From positions 1 through 64,000 of the forward strand of contig QPMI01000165.1 in NCBI GenBank assembly GCA_004431415.1: DNA of 64,000 bases, written 5' to 3'. Positions 22,001 through 32,527 of the stretch are shown here, in pieces. This DNA is from Cyanophora paradoxa CCMP329. Its lineage: Eukaryota > Plantae > Glaucophyta. Numbering within the stretch: the stretch's first letter is position 1; every line of letters begins with the position of its first letter. Below the pieces are notes generated by a model. That model was not told the DNA's origin. It did not search any database and saw only the letters and a list, made by a program, of their open reading frames with translations. The position numbers and the translations under genes are program-made.

Positions 22001-22305
22001 ATAAAAATGAGTTCCCAAACGCAAAGATCGTGGAGTATGTGGGTCTGAGGTCGAAACTCTATGCTTTCAGAACTGAGACCAACGAAAAAGTGAAGATGTC
22101 GGGGACTTCCTCGAAAGAAGTACACTTCGACGATTTTAAGAGATGTCTGTTTGAAGGAATCATAAAAACAGTATCAGTAACAAACAAGCGAAGGCAAGAC
22201 CACAACTTATATGACTTGGAGAGCAGAAGGGTCGCTCTAAACCAACTCGATAGCAAACGGAAGATATCAGCCGACGGCATTCACAGCATTCCATTCGGTC
22301 TTTAA
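19024..22305 (+). CDS. polB: Polinton/Maverick-type protein-primed DNA polymerase B
   Basis: LLDANNLYG, KLMNNAIYGK, HDTDSF, LRSKLY; EndoVII-like insert RDHCHQSG...CRNCN; N-terminal DCFKYAI...GHY (OTU-like protease dyad). Exonuclease motifs are degenerate. Confidence 0.95.
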   Translation: MPRQTNRLIKEKKNEILGLLGTLFVTGEITEAEFDREAAILDRRPRLAQLRDITNDLYDRLQRMEEFMDEGQRLGAIEPDIEDGQAMNQAYSWLTYRARNEVVVDAIEFLERIAPSLPQRIKTRLDQLNAVKVRLTFVCKFTKVGNPRIYITKYIYSDYFVITRSRNINTEVRKALQKMQEEMTQVDSYRLERIQILRGVIMSYAPVGGCYFATPEWIASKKATVNVKNIDGQDCFKYAILAYLHRKDINKHKSNEPSQYRRWLDELNFDGIQFPVACDAEVIDRFEELNPDLSINIYGADNTKECFFPLHQSSNPRRKTKINLLLIENTEDDRGHYITIMSFSRLLKTTFDKACDGRIYYCETCLSRFRTQEKLDLHVEANRCIDWRESKGKCPKPGSIIEFGLQHLRKTVWLPVICYVKVEDHSVAIDAQRSKREIKAVSLRVVMGEEVRSYQFEGADPFGSLFAALQDIRPEIVETLFRNIPMHPLTDDQKAEYKITKYCYICSQRFTHENFPVRDHCHQSGDFIGKACRNCNLHRRISKQTKVAIVVDQMDECGHGIFRKIAQQDDKLRVEILSKNFDQYLSLQWGMWKFIDASHFMDFQSVDVEDLMRKFEAFRKLAFSQYGLDPAHYVSAPGLSWDAMLKHTKVKIGLIDDVEKYEFVERAIRGGFATMPTRYAKVETPEDHIVLLDANNLYGYALSQPLPIGDYRWEDITEALKEVEGRSAFIEVDLEYPTSLEDHYDFPLIVNKEVITNEMLGDYQRKLLDLTGEKISKDPKLTATFTPKNKYVIARPLLNYIVKKGVIVKTIHRVLSFATSPFMKSYIGLNTLLRHESTNHFESDFFKLMNNAIYGKCLESCRGRSTVKIANSEKLCKKYAASPLIKATNVLNENAVAFEMYSKHVNLDKPVAIGAFVLDFAKLHNYEFFYDVVRKKWETAKLLFHDTDSFCLFLKTNNLNEDMKEIGEHLDRSNYDKSHPLVSIRNRMVPGKYKNEFPNAKIVEYVGLRSKLYAFRTETNEKVKMSGTSSKEVHFDDFKRCLFEGIIKTVSVTNKRRQDHNLYDLESRRVALNQLDSKRKISADGIHSIPFGL

Positions 22306-22463
22306 TCTACTTGCTCAATACCTCTCTTTTTATTTTTTCGATCCCCAAGAAGCAGTAAACCTCGGATCAGATGCAACAGCCATATGCACTTCAAGCCCGG
22401 ATCGTTTGGATCGATAGCAAAGTAGTTTGGTTTCGGGTGTTCTGTCCAAACCGGCTCGTCCAT
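22302..22463 (-). CDS. Possible 53-aa protein divergent from the integrase gene
   Basis: ATG-to-TAA ORF (MDEPVWTEHPKP...) fills the polB-integrase gap and starts 27 bp from the integrase ATG. Confidence 0.35.
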   Translation of the reverse strand: MDEPVWTEHPKPNYFAIDPNDPGLKCIWLLHLIRGLLLLGDRKNKKRGIEQVD

Positions 22464-22490
22464 TATTAATATATTGAAAATAAAGTAAAG

Positions 22491-23891
22491 ATGCCCTCAG
22501 CACAGATAGGATTACGACCCATTCCTAAAATCGTAAAGAAAAGTTTAAAAGAAGACCAAGGCAACATGCTACCCATAACTATTCCTGTCGAAGAGAAGAA
22601 CACAAGAATCTTAAAGAAGTCGGAGATGGTTAAAGAACTGATCCCGGAGGCATTACCTACTGAGACTGTAACAAAAGAATCGAAGATCGCAAAGAAGTTT
22701 TACGATCCGAGAACGGGTTACAAGGGTTTCGGGGCAATGAGAAAGGAACTACCGGATGAGGATTACAAGAAGATGAGAGAATGGTATGATAAACAGGAGG
22801 TAGTTCAGATAAACGCACCGACCCTTTCAAGAAAGAGAGACCCGATGATTCCAATTCGGCAACCTCTCGATACGTACGTTATCGATCTTCTGTTTTTCCC
22901 GGCTTATAAGAAGCAGAATGACGGATACGATACGTTCATGTCGGCTATGGAATCAACCCTTAGAACAGGTTATATTATTCCGATGAGAGACAAGAGCGCA
23001 ATTACAACTCTTGCCGCGTTTGAACAGTTACAACGAAGAGTACCACGACCTATCGCTCGTGTTCAGAGTGACAGCGGCAGCGAATTCAGTAATAACATGT
23101 TCACCAACTACCTTGCTAAGAAGTTCATAGATCATCAGATAAGCGATGTCGCAGATCATCGAAGCCAAGGTAGAATCGAAGCGTTTAACAAGCAGATCAA
23201 ACGATTGATCACGAACTATTGCATAGCAAACAACACAGCACGATTCTTTGATGTATTGGGAGATATAGAGTATAACTATAACAATACCATACACTCAGCA
23301 ACTAAGAGAAAACCAGCAGAGACCACCGAAGATCATTACCGCGAGATTATCGGATTAGAAGATGAGCGGTTCAAGAAGTCGATGGCTTACTTAGATGGTA
23401 TCAAACAAGGTATGTTTGTGAGAGTGAGAATAGAAAAGAATCCGTTCGCTAAACAGGGTGTAAATTGGTCGCGAATCGTCTATACTGTCGAAGGGAGAGA
23501 GGGTTTCAAGTTCAGATTACGAAACCCGAATGGCGAATTGGTCGAAGGGAGGTTTGCTTTCCACGAACTGTTACCTATCAAAGGTGTTGAATACCACGAA
23601 GCGCCCACAGTAGATGCACTTGAACAAGCGAAAGAAGAAGCCCGGGTTGATTCGGCGATTCGCAAGGAAGGCATCGAAAAAGCAGATGACGTCCCAGAAG
23701 AACCGTTAACACAAGCCAGAACCAAGAAGAAAGGGAAGGCGGAGCGTGAATTAAAGAAGTTAACCATAGCAGGAACCCAGAAGCTATCAGAGGTCAACAG
23801 CCAGAGATGGTATACAGACTTCCAGACCTCAAAAGAGACATATACAGCACCTCAAACCCGGGTAAATCTAAGATCCAGTTCGCGAAAGTAG
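22491..23891 (+). CDS. Retroviral-like (rve) DDE integrase
   Basis: VIDLLF, QSDSGSEF, GRIEAFNK, YNNTIHS; consistent with the 6-bp TSD. Confidence 0.95.
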   Translation: MPSAQIGLRPIPKIVKKSLKEDQGNMLPITIPVEEKNTRILKKSEMVKELIPEALPTETVTKESKIAKKFYDPRTGYKGFGAMRKELPDEDYKKMREWYDKQEVVQINAPTLSRKRDPMIPIRQPLDTYVIDLLFFPAYKKQNDGYDTFMSAMESTLRTGYIIPMRDKSAITTLAAFEQLQRRVPRPIARVQSDSGSEFSNNMFTNYLAKKFIDHQISDVADHRSQGRIEAFNKQIKRLITNYCIANNTARFFDVLGDIEYNYNNTIHSATKRKPAETTEDHYREIIGLEDERFKKSMAYLDGIKQGMFVRVRIEKNPFAKQGVNWSRIVYTVEGREGFKFRLRNPNGELVEGRFAFHELLPIKGVEYHEAPTVDALEQAKEEARVDSAIRKEGIEKADDVPEEPLTQARTKKKGKAERELKKLTIAGTQKLSEVNSQRWYTDFQTSKETYTAPQTRVNLRSSSRK

Positions 23892-24133
23892 AAAAGATGT
23901 GTAGAGGATGCAAAGAGGATTCCGGCGATGGTCGCAGTTTCGAAAATGGATGAGTTGGTGAAGAGTTACAGCAGTTTGTATGAATTTCTTGGAATTGTGG
24001 GTTTCCGAACCGAAACAATTAAATAAAGTAATTCTTAAAATACTACTATGTGGCATACTATATGTTTTCGGAATCGCCGACATATGGTGACCTCATATAT
24101 GTCGGTGACGTTGCGGCATATATGGATATGTCG

Positions 24134-24490
24134 ACATATATACACCATATATACACAACTTATTTTGATTTATTGAAACCGATTTGTAACCGGTTTGTAA
24201 TCGCATCAGAATTCGCGAACGAAGTAAATTTTGCTACACCTTATGAATGAGATTTGTAATCGCATCAGATTGTGCGAACAAAGTATTACAATGAATAGAC
24301 TTTGTTGAATGCGAAATTCAAGGAATTACAAACATATTTGTAATCGCATCAGAACGCGCGAACAAAGTAAATTTGGCTACACCTGATGAATGCGATTTGT
24401 AATCGCATCAGATTGCGCGAACAAAGTATTACAATGAATGGACATATATATACCATATATACACGACATATATACACTATATATACCAAA
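24134..24490. repeat. Internal non-coding repeat array
   Basis: TTTGTAATCGCATCAGA at 24194, 24253, 24337 and 24396, each followed by GCGAAC(A/G)AAGTA; flanked by ACATATATACAC-like repeats. Confidence 0.85.
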
Positions 24491-24603
24491 ACCTCTGTAA
24501 TGCCGTTTGACCAAGAAAAAAATGTTTGGAAAAAAATAAATAACTTATTATATATACATATACATATATATAATCAAAAAATCGGAAAAATTCCCTCTTT
24601 TTT

Positions 24604-26139
24604 CTATCGTATAAATGCGCCCGTTACATCGACTCTCATAGTCGGAGCATTTATATATACCAAAGGATAAATACGTATATATCGTGTTCTCAATGGATAA
24701 CCTATGTAAAATACATCGTTTACCGAAAGTGGGAACCCCATAGCATATGATACATCCCCAGAGTTATTAGCATTATTTATATTCTCACATACAAACATTC
24801 TATTTACACCCTCATATTTGATAAATGACCATGTTATACCATCTTGCGACGTCGCAACATTGAAAGTTTTTATAAACGCAGTTGTAATACCTGAACCATA
24901 TGCAATTATCGAAGCGATTTCATATGTATATGGGAATGCTATTTGCAGATACTCTGTTGGTGTTTCCCATACTCCGTTAATTGCGGATGCATTCGCTTCC
25001 CATCCAGTTAATGATGGGCGGGCTTTAAATGCCTCCTTTCCGAATTTCGCAGACGAAGCGGTAAACGCATTATCAGGCAGAAGATACCAATTAGCATCAA
25101 TGGGAGGTATGTTATTCAGAGTGGATGATATATAGAACCTTACAGGGTTCTTTATCTCATAGTTCGTTACCAACAAATCGCAGAGTCTATTAATCATGGT
25201 GTCGTTTGCTTCAATATACGATTCGGTCGCAGCTATCATTTCAGGAATCTTAGAGGTATCATCAAGGGAGTTCAATATATCTTTCGGAAGCGGCACAGAG
25301 AGTCTATAATATCTTGCATATCCTTGGTCTTCATTATAAGGTAGAAACTCATGCATCTTTTCAAGAGCCGACAGTTCACTTGCAGCCATAAGCATATTGA
25401 TTAATGGACTTCCAGAGGTCGAAGCGATCCACGAAAGAATTCCCCAGGTATTCACGTTCTCATAAGGATAACCGACAGTTGATGCGTCTGTTTCGTTGAC
25501 CTCACCACATGAGATGCTAATAACTATAATGTCGTCATCGTTATCGTATATCTTTTTTGCGTGACTGTAACCACAAACGCTTGGGTTATTGTTACCTGAT
25601 ATTGCGCCATCAATTAGACACATTCCGTCGTAATTGACAGGAGCGAAATATGTAGGAGCAGCCGAGGTTGACCGAGCCGCAATCTTACTTGGTATGGTCT
25701 TGTAATCGTTGTCATTTGCTATAAAAATTGGTTTCATACTCACAGTGTCGAACGTCGTAATCACCACGTCTTTCAGTGAATCTTGTATGAGAGCTTCCCC
25801 AGTCACAGAGAGAATGGCGGTCTCTAATGGTGTTACGTCGTATTTTGTATTAAAAAGGGCATTCTCTATGATGTTTCGCGGATTTGCAAAGATCAATGGG
25901 AGATGGTAAAGGTAAGTATCGTGAAGGTCGGTTGCAGTAAGTTTAGGTTCATTTGGAAATTCGGGGTTCTTCACATTGAGACCAATCGCAATAATACCGC
26001 CTGTGGATGTTCCACTTACGAGATCGACCAAATCTATAACGCGTTTACCCGTTCTTGTTTCGATCTCTTTTAGCAACCTTGTTATGATGATACCACGAGC
26101 GCCCCCGCCAGATAAACTAAGAACGACTTTTAGGGGCAT
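24604..26139 (-). CDS. Patatin-like phospholipase with C-terminal discoidin (F5/8 type C) domain
   Basis: LSGGGARG, GTSTGG, SAAPTYF, IDGA; C-terminal EYLQIAF...SQDGITW...TRYIRIYP. Confidence 0.9.
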   Translation of the reverse strand: MPLKVVLSLSGGGARGIIITRLLKEIETRTGKRVIDLVDLVSGTSTGGIIAIGLNVKNPEFPNEPKLTATDLHDTYLYHLPLIFANPRNIIENALFNTKYDVTPLETAILSVTGEALIQDSLKDVVITTFDTVSMKPIFIANDNDYKTIPSKIAARSTSAAPTYFAPVNYDGMCLIDGAISGNNNPSVCGYSHAKKIYDNDDDIIVISISCGEVNETDASTVGYPYENVNTWGILSWIASTSGSPLINMLMAASELSALEKMHEFLPYNEDQGYARYYRLSVPLPKDILNSLDDTSKIPEMIAATESYIEANDTMINRLCDLLVTNYEIKNPVRFYISSTLNNIPPIDANWYLLPDNAFTASSAKFGKEAFKARPSLTGWEANASAINGVWETPTEYLQIAFPYTYEIASIIAYGSGITTAFIKTFNVATSQDGITWSFIKYEGVNRMFVCENINNANNSGDVSYAMGFPLSVNDVFYIGYPLRTRYIRIYPLVYINAPTMRVDVTGAFIR

Positions 26140-26186
26140 CTTTACTTAACTTAAATTTAATAAATCTGTATAATAGAGAAAGCAGG

Positions 26187-29100
26187 ATGAGTTTCAATTA
26201 TCCAGCAAATTTACAAACCATAACAGGTAGTGGTGGTAAAGTGAACCCTAAACATGTGAACTTTGATAATATCACCATTAAAGGGTCGGCGTCAATTGAT
26301 CAGAGCGCCGATAAACCCAGTAAGACGCATCCCAGAATTCATGCTTTAACGGTGAATCAAACAGACCCAGAGAAAGAAGATGTAAGCATTGCTTTTAGTT
26401 TGGGGAACGTAAAAAAAAACGCGGTTGCAGAGATCAAAGCAACCAGAAGGAGACCACGGAAACTTAAAACCAGTGGAACCCATCCGGACATTCCCACACG
26501 ATTCGATAGCGGACGTTTAATATTCAATGTACAGGATGAGAAGGGAGTACACCGTAGCGGTTTGAGAATCTATAATGAAGGATCAAATTCGATAACACAA
26601 ATTCCCCAGATTTTACAGGTAGCCCCACATGGCGAAGAGAATCAGATTCGCCACACCAACAATATTTATCCGAAGGACATCGTCGAAAATGCAGAAACTA
26701 ATGCACTGTTTGGTTTCACTCTTCCATCGGATACTTCCAAAGAAAAAGATTCAATCACGGTCGACAGTAGCCCCAGTCAACCAGTAGCCATTCATTTACA
26801 CCCCGACCTTGTCGAAATGGATAGGCATTTACTACCTTTGAAGACAAACACCAAAGACCTTGGTATAAGAACCCGACAATGGCGAAATATTCATGGTAGT
26901 AATGTTTATGCAAATGGGGAGCGGCTCGTTAGTGAAAAGACCATAAGAGAGATCATAGAGCATTACGGACCTACTCCGGTTCCCTTTCCACTTCCATGGG
27001 ATCCACCAGATCTTACACCAAAGAAACAACCCGGAAGAGAATACACAGCAGATGAAACGGTAGCGTTTGGGCAGCATTTTGTTAGTTGGGAAAAAGTCCA
27101 TAATAAACCAGTTTTTAAAGATTACAAACCGCCCGCTGAGGAACTCTTAGCACCAGATATTAATGTTATACCTCTCGAACATAAAGAATGTGAAGACGTG
27201 GAAGAATTACCCGATGGATTTGATCCTAACCATATGTTATATGATCGTTACGAACCTTACGACGAACAACTTTTACCACATGGATTAGATCCACCAAACA
27301 TAGATTACGAACAGCCGCATATACCAGATGAAGAGTTATTACCAGACGGATTACAGCCGGGATTTTTCGATTTTACCGTAGATTGGAGGGATATTATTAA
27401 CAAACCCGACACATTCCCACCAGATCCCCACGATCACGAATGGGATGACATTCTAAACAAACCGGAAAGATTCCCACCGACAGAGCATAGGCACGATTGG
27501 GAAGATTTAGATAACATACCTACTGAATTTCCACCAGCAGACCACAGGCATAATTGGGACGAAATCGATGAGCAACCTACTTTCGCATCAGCAGGAAATG
27601 TATTAACAGATTTCCAACATGGCGTAAGTCTTTATAAAAATATTAACATAGAAGAAAGATTACAATTAAATGACCACTACCTTAATCGCATGGGAATAGA
27701 AGCAGGCACAGGAATGGAAGCCGAATTATTCATTAGACCACCCAGAAGAGATGGGATTTTAGAAGTTAGTGGTAATTTTGGTTTGTATGAGACAAAACCC
27801 GGAATTTATCTAACAAGTTACTACCCTGAGGACATCCCGATGACAGAAGTATTACCTCCGATACCGTCACTTCCATTAGATCCAAACAGTTACGATAACA
27901 AAGATGCAGCAATACAAATTAATGTAACAGATGTTAGCGATTTTGACCAATCGAGACCAAAATTAGTATTTACTCGGGAGCGTCTTTTACCTAATACTTT
28001 TATAGGAGATCGAGATGACTATAAGAGATGTGAGATAGCATGGATTAAAACAAATTATAATGATGGAGTTGGTGAAGGTTTATTAGAAATCAATCAAAGA
28101 GCAAGCGCCAAAAACATACACAATGAAGATATATCGAGAGTGGTAACAGAGGATTATTTAGAACATCAAGGATACATTGATGAAGGCGAACTTACTAATA
28201 TTCTTTCATTATTCGTGATAAAAAATGATACAAACCTTACAGTCACAAGTAACATTTACACCAGCAACATTTCAGCAAGTAACATTTACACAAGTAACCT
28301 ATGGGCGAGTAACATTTACACCAGCAACATTTCAGCAAGTAACATTTACACAAGTAACCTTTGGGCAAGTAATCTTTATTCCAGCAACTTAGTCGTCGAT
28401 TATTTGACTGTGAATATAGAAGCAAACCTTCCACATCATCCTACTTCTAATGTTGTTTTAGATTGGATAGCAAACCACACCCATACCAAAGATGAGATCG
28501 AGGATTTTGCCCATAGGCACATGTGGAGCGAAATAGATGACCAGCCTAAGTTTGCATCAGCAGGTGATGTATTCGACACCACACATGGTGTTACTCTCTA
28601 CCAAAGTAATACCATACCAGAGAGATTACGATTAGATGAATATTATGTGAATAGAAAAGGAATAGATGCAGGTACCACAATGGAAGGTGAATTATACATC
28701 AGACCCCCCACAAGAATGCAGATGATTGCAGCAGGCGGAAATTTCGGTTTGATGGACACCAAACCAGGTATCTATCTGACAAGCTACTATGCTGATGACA
28801 TCCCAATGACAGGAGGTTTAGTATCTCTACCATCTGATCCAGTCAACTATGATGACAAAGATGCAGCAATCCAAATTAATGTTACTGATGTAAGTGACTT
28901 AGATAGTTCGAGACCCAAATTAATATTCACCAGAGAGAGATTGTTACCAAATGCTCTTATTGGAAATCGAGATGACTACAAGAGATGCGAGATATCATGG
29001 ATAAAAACAAATTATAATGATGGAGTTGGTGAGGGTCTCTTAGAAATCAATCAGAGAGCCTCAGCGAAAAACATCCACAATGAAACAATTTCAAGAATTG

Positions 29101-30371
29101 TTACAGAAGATTACCTACAAGCCCAGAACTACATAGATGAAACAGAACTTGATACAATCATTGCAGGTATAAATATTGGTGTAACAGGTGATTACCTTCC
29201 GCTAACAGGTGGGATTATTGATGGAACAGTAACGGCATGTAACTTTTTTGTCCATACTGAATGTAATCAAACCTTCCCTGTGGTTCATCCAGGAGGTGAG
29301 TATGTGATACCTGACGATCCAGCTATTATGCCTATAAAGATTGATCTACCATCTGATTATGTAGGAAGGGGAGAGCTAAAAACCATTTCTTTCACAGGAG
29401 ACTACAATGATCTAATTAATAAACCCACCGCAGCAAATCTACATCCTGTTGCATTTTCAGGTAGTTTCCTCGACCTTAATAATAGATCACACACCCATAC
29501 AAAGGCAGAAATCACAGATTTTGCACACACTCACACCAAGTCCCAAATTACAGATTTTGCACACTATCACACCCGAGCAGATATTACGAATTTCGCTCAC
29601 ACTCATGTTAAATCAGAGATATTAGATCTCGGAAATGTTGCATATGTGGGTCACACCCATACCAAGGCAGAGATTACAGATCTTGGAAATGTTGCATATG
29701 TTGGTCACACCCACACAAAGGCAGAGATTACAGATTTTGCACACACTCATGATTGGAATACAGATATCTATAACAAACCTGCAATTTTCTCAGGAAACTA
29801 CAATGATTTGACCAATAGACCAACTCTTGATCCTTTCACAGCCACCACAATCAGAGCCAACAACACAATGTATGTAGGATCAGGTCAGATTGTAGAACCA
29901 GCAGGACCTATGTTTGAAGAAACATGGTTCTTCCACAATTCGCAGAATTACTTTGATAAAACCTTACTTGTTCGTGGAAATGCCTATGCAAGAAATTTCT
30001 ATGCTATGAACCCCTCAAATAATGCGACCATCAGTCGATGTATTACAGAGGCAGATCTTTCCAGTCAACTCAATGCATATTTTAATGGGAAAATCCAAGC
30101 AGGAACGTATGTTTACACTACTCCTTATCTTTGGGCAAATCCTGACCATAGGTTTAACCTCACTATTAATTTCAACAGCAGCTTTGCTAACCCTCCTATT
30201 GTAACAACTGGTATACAACACAATGAGACAGCCTACTACTATCGAATGTATGTTAGGCTTAAACAAGTTTACAGTAGCTATTTCACTTGTGAGCTTGACA
30301 TAGTTCCATTAAGTTCTTTTGACAGACCAGGATTTCCAGTTACAATTCATTACATTGCTGTCGCAATTTAA
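26187..30371 (+). CDS. Long fibre protein, 1394 aa
   Basis: HxHxW and HTHTKAEITD phage-fibre repeats, SNIYTSN repeats, an internal ~175-aa duplication, and a lectin-like tip (FANPPIVTTG...IHYIAV). Confidence 0.85.
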   Translation: MSFNYPANLQTITGSGGKVNPKHVNFDNITIKGSASIDQSADKPSKTHPRIHALTVNQTDPEKEDVSIAFSLGNVKKNAVAEIKATRRRPRKLKTSGTHPDIPTRFDSGRLIFNVQDEKGVHRSGLRIYNEGSNSITQIPQILQVAPHGEENQIRHTNNIYPKDIVENAETNALFGFTLPSDTSKEKDSITVDSSPSQPVAIHLHPDLVEMDRHLLPLKTNTKDLGIRTRQWRNIHGSNVYANGERLVSEKTIREIIEHYGPTPVPFPLPWDPPDLTPKKQPGREYTADETVAFGQHFVSWEKVHNKPVFKDYKPPAEELLAPDINVIPLEHKECEDVEELPDGFDPNHMLYDRYEPYDEQLLPHGLDPPNIDYEQPHIPDEELLPDGLQPGFFDFTVDWRDIINKPDTFPPDPHDHEWDDILNKPERFPPTEHRHDWEDLDNIPTEFPPADHRHNWDEIDEQPTFASAGNVLTDFQHGVSLYKNINIEERLQLNDHYLNRMGIEAGTGMEAELFIRPPRRDGILEVSGNFGLYETKPGIYLTSYYPEDIPMTEVLPPIPSLPLDPNSYDNKDAAIQINVTDVSDFDQSRPKLVFTRERLLPNTFIGDRDDYKRCEIAWIKTNYNDGVGEGLLEINQRASAKNIHNEDISRVVTEDYLEHQGYIDEGELTNILSLFVIKNDTNLTVTSNIYTSNISASNIYTSNLWASNIYTSNISASNIYTSNLWASNLYSSNLVVDYLTVNIEANLPHHPTSNVVLDWIANHTHTKDEIEDFAHRHMWSEIDDQPKFASAGDVFDTTHGVTLYQSNTIPERLRLDEYYVNRKGIDAGTTMEGELYIRPPTRMQMIAAGGNFGLMDTKPGIYLTSYYADDIPMTGGLVSLPSDPVNYDDKDAAIQINVTDVSDLDSSRPKLIFTRERLLPNALIGNRDDYKRCEISWIKTNYNDGVGEGLLEINQRASAKNIHNETISRIVTEDYLQAQNYIDETELDTIIAGINIGVTGDYLPLTGGIIDGTVTACNFFVHTECNQTFPVVHPGGEYVIPDDPAIMPIKIDLPSDYVGRGELKTISFTGDYNDLINKPTAANLHPVAFSGSFLDLNNRSHTHTKAEITDFAHTHTKSQITDFAHYHTRADITNFAHTHVKSEILDLGNVAYVGHTHTKAEITDLGNVAYVGHTHTKAEITDFAHTHDWNTDIYNKPAIFSGNYNDLTNRPTLDPFTATTIRANNTMYVGSGQIVEPAGPMFEETWFFHNSQNYFDKTLLVRGNAYARNFYAMNPSNNATISRCITEADLSSQLNAYFNGKIQAGTYVYTTPYLWANPDHRFNLTINFNSSFANPPIVTTGIQHNETAYYYRMYVRLKQVYSSYFTCELDIVPLSSFDRPGFPVTIHYIAVAI

Positions 30372-30390
30372 CTATTTCGTAATTATAAAG

Positions 30391-31461
30391 ATGACCTCTC
30401 TATTAGAAATCCCAAACTATGAACTTGCAGCCAAATCACTCCACAGCACCTCTCATGAAGTAGTCGACTCTACACCCGGTTTTATTTGCACTGAAACTAC
30501 AAGTAATACCTCTTTCACAGAGAACAGTATACTGAGGGTCAAAGAAATTCGATGTGATCGAAATGGAGGCAAGATTAGAACCACAGGCATTATAATCTCG
30601 AATAAAAACCAAGTTCAAGCAGGTCAGGTAGTCCCCAATTCAGCAATATATGATAATGTGGGTGGATTCACCACAGCACAGATAGTTACTTTCGATAACA
30701 CAATAAATAATTCGGCTCTTGTTGTCAAGAGTGGAGGAGCATACATTGGAGATGGGGCAAATGTTGCAGGGACTGTAACAGCGAATCAATTAAATGTGAA
30801 TGGGACAAGTTCATTTACAGGATTGATGACCTTCAATGGTGGACTCTTGGGAAATGTTAGCGTTGAAACTCGAAAAGCTACAACAAGAGTTAATGCACCT
30901 GAGATGGATAATGGGACAGATGCAAATGTGAATTATAAACGAAACGGAAATACCATTTTCACTCTCGAAAAGACAATAACAGATCTGAAAGCAATCACAA
31001 TCCCGGAAAATAGTGGTCTGAAACGATCCTATTGTCCAAGAATGAATATATCAAGACAAGCTCCTGGTTTGACAGGGTCCATAATACTTACAGCTGGAAC
31101 ACCCTTTAACTTTATAAATGGAGCTTATCTTGTAAACAATGAAGGAAACTTTTCATCCACAAAATTTACAGCTCCTGTTTCCGGAGTATATAGGGTGTTC
31201 TTTGCATGTATGAGAGCTGGCACAACCTCTTATACTCATATTGCTACCAGCATTTATTTAAATGGAAATCCTACAACCATCCAAACAAGGGTTTCAATGC
31301 CGTCCGCAGGGATTTCTAATACATTTGTAACTCCAATTTCATATGAAATTTTACTTTCTGTTATTGAAGGTGACTCCTTTGATATACGCAATTCTTCTGG
31401 AGCCAGTCTTCAATTTGATATCAGATACTATTTTTCATGTTATCTTGTTAGTACTACATAA
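30391..31461 (+). CDS. Fibre-family protein with C1q-like head
   Basis: Likely start MTSLLEIP; RVKEIRCD/SGGAYIG domain; FTAPVSGVYRVF. Confidence 0.85.
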   Translation: MTSLLEIPNYELAAKSLHSTSHEVVDSTPGFICTETTSNTSFTENSILRVKEIRCDRNGGKIRTTGIIISNKNQVQAGQVVPNSAIYDNVGGFTTAQIVTFDNTINNSALVVKSGGAYIGDGANVAGTVTANQLNVNGTSSFTGLMTFNGGLLGNVSVETRKATTRVNAPEMDNGTDANVNYKRNGNTIFTLEKTITDLKAITIPENSGLKRSYCPRMNISRQAPGLTGSIILTAGTPFNFINGAYLVNNEGNFSSTKFTAPVSGVYRVFFACMRAGTTSYTHIATSIYLNGNPTTIQTRVSMPSAGISNTFVTPISYEILLSVIEGDSFDIRNSSGASLQFDIRYYFSCYLVSTT

Positions 31462-31483
31462 TATTATCTGTATAATATAAAGA

Positions 31484-32506
31484 ATGTCCACACAAATAGC
31501 AGTTCCTGTTTTCTGTTATGCCGCCCCAAAAATACATCAACTGAACCATACAGTAACAGATGCAACACCTGGGTTTATTTGCACAGAAACAACAGGGGCT
31601 GATTCGTTTTCACAAAATTCTGTGATTAGATGCAAAGAAATTCGATGTGATCGCAATGGGGGAAAAATAAGAACCACAGGACTCATTGTATCTAACAAGA
31701 ACCAAGTCCAATCAGGTCAAATTGTTTCAGATACAGCAATTTATGACAATGTGGGAGGGTTCACCACACCCAAAATAGTTACTTTTGATAATACAATTAA
31801 TAATGCTGCTCTTTCAGTTAGAAGTGGAGGGGCATATATTGGAGATGGGGCAAGGATTGATGGAACTCTAACAGCCAATCAAGTAAACATTACAGGAACA
31901 AGCACATTTACAGGTTCAGTAACAGCCAATGGAGGCATAAGTATTCCAGAAACAACACAATCGATAATAACAGCAACTGCCAAGGTGGTCACACCTGAAA
32001 TCGATACAGGAGCAAATGTGAATCTTGTTTTGAAACGCAACAGTGATATTATGGCTACTCTGGAAGCCAATCGCTTGACAATCAACACAAATTGTTATTT
32101 AAAATATGACTATCAGCCTCGATTTTCTGTTCAACTTAATTATCCTCATGTTGCTACCAGTGAAACTGCTCTTATCAATTGGGGAGTAGTGTTTGTGAAT
32201 AATAGGGGGGCATTCAATGTCAGTAATGGAAGGTTCACTGCTCCTGTTGCAGGTCATTACAGATTTACAGCATATACCCATTCAACTTCAAGTAGTCCAA
32301 TAAGTCTCTCTTTAAAAGTAAATGACCAAGACCCAGGGGGTCAAAGTATCATAACACTAAATGACTCAACTCTTACGAATAAACCGCTTTACATTAGTGT
32401 AATTCTTAACATTGCTATGGGTGAGTATGTAACACTTGTAACCATTAATGGGGGTAGCTACACAAATCGAACAACATTCACAGGTGAGCTTCTCAGTCTC
32501 ACATAA
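31484..32506 (+). CDS. Fibre-family protein with C1q-like head
   Basis: Same N-terminal domain; GRFTAPVAGHYRF...FTGELL. Confidence 0.85.
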   Translation: MSTQIAVPVFCYAAPKIHQLNHTVTDATPGFICTETTGADSFSQNSVIRCKEIRCDRNGGKIRTTGLIVSNKNQVQSGQIVSDTAIYDNVGGFTTPKIVTFDNTINNAALSVRSGGAYIGDGARIDGTLTANQVNITGTSTFTGSVTANGGISIPETTQSIITATAKVVTPEIDTGANVNLVLKRNSDIMATLEANRLTINTNCYLKYDYQPRFSVQLNYPHVATSETALINWGVVFVNNRGAFNVSNGRFTAPVAGHYRFTAYTHSTSSSPISLSLKVNDQDPGGQSIITLNDSTLTNKPLYISVILNIAMGEYVTLVTINGGSYTNRTTFTGELLSLT

Positions 32507-32527
32507 TTTTCTCTCTATAAAATAGGA

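Noticed and set aside
24194-24440. CRISPR-like array
   Set aside because: Only four cores, the intervening sequences repeat each other, spacing is uneven, and there are no cas genes.
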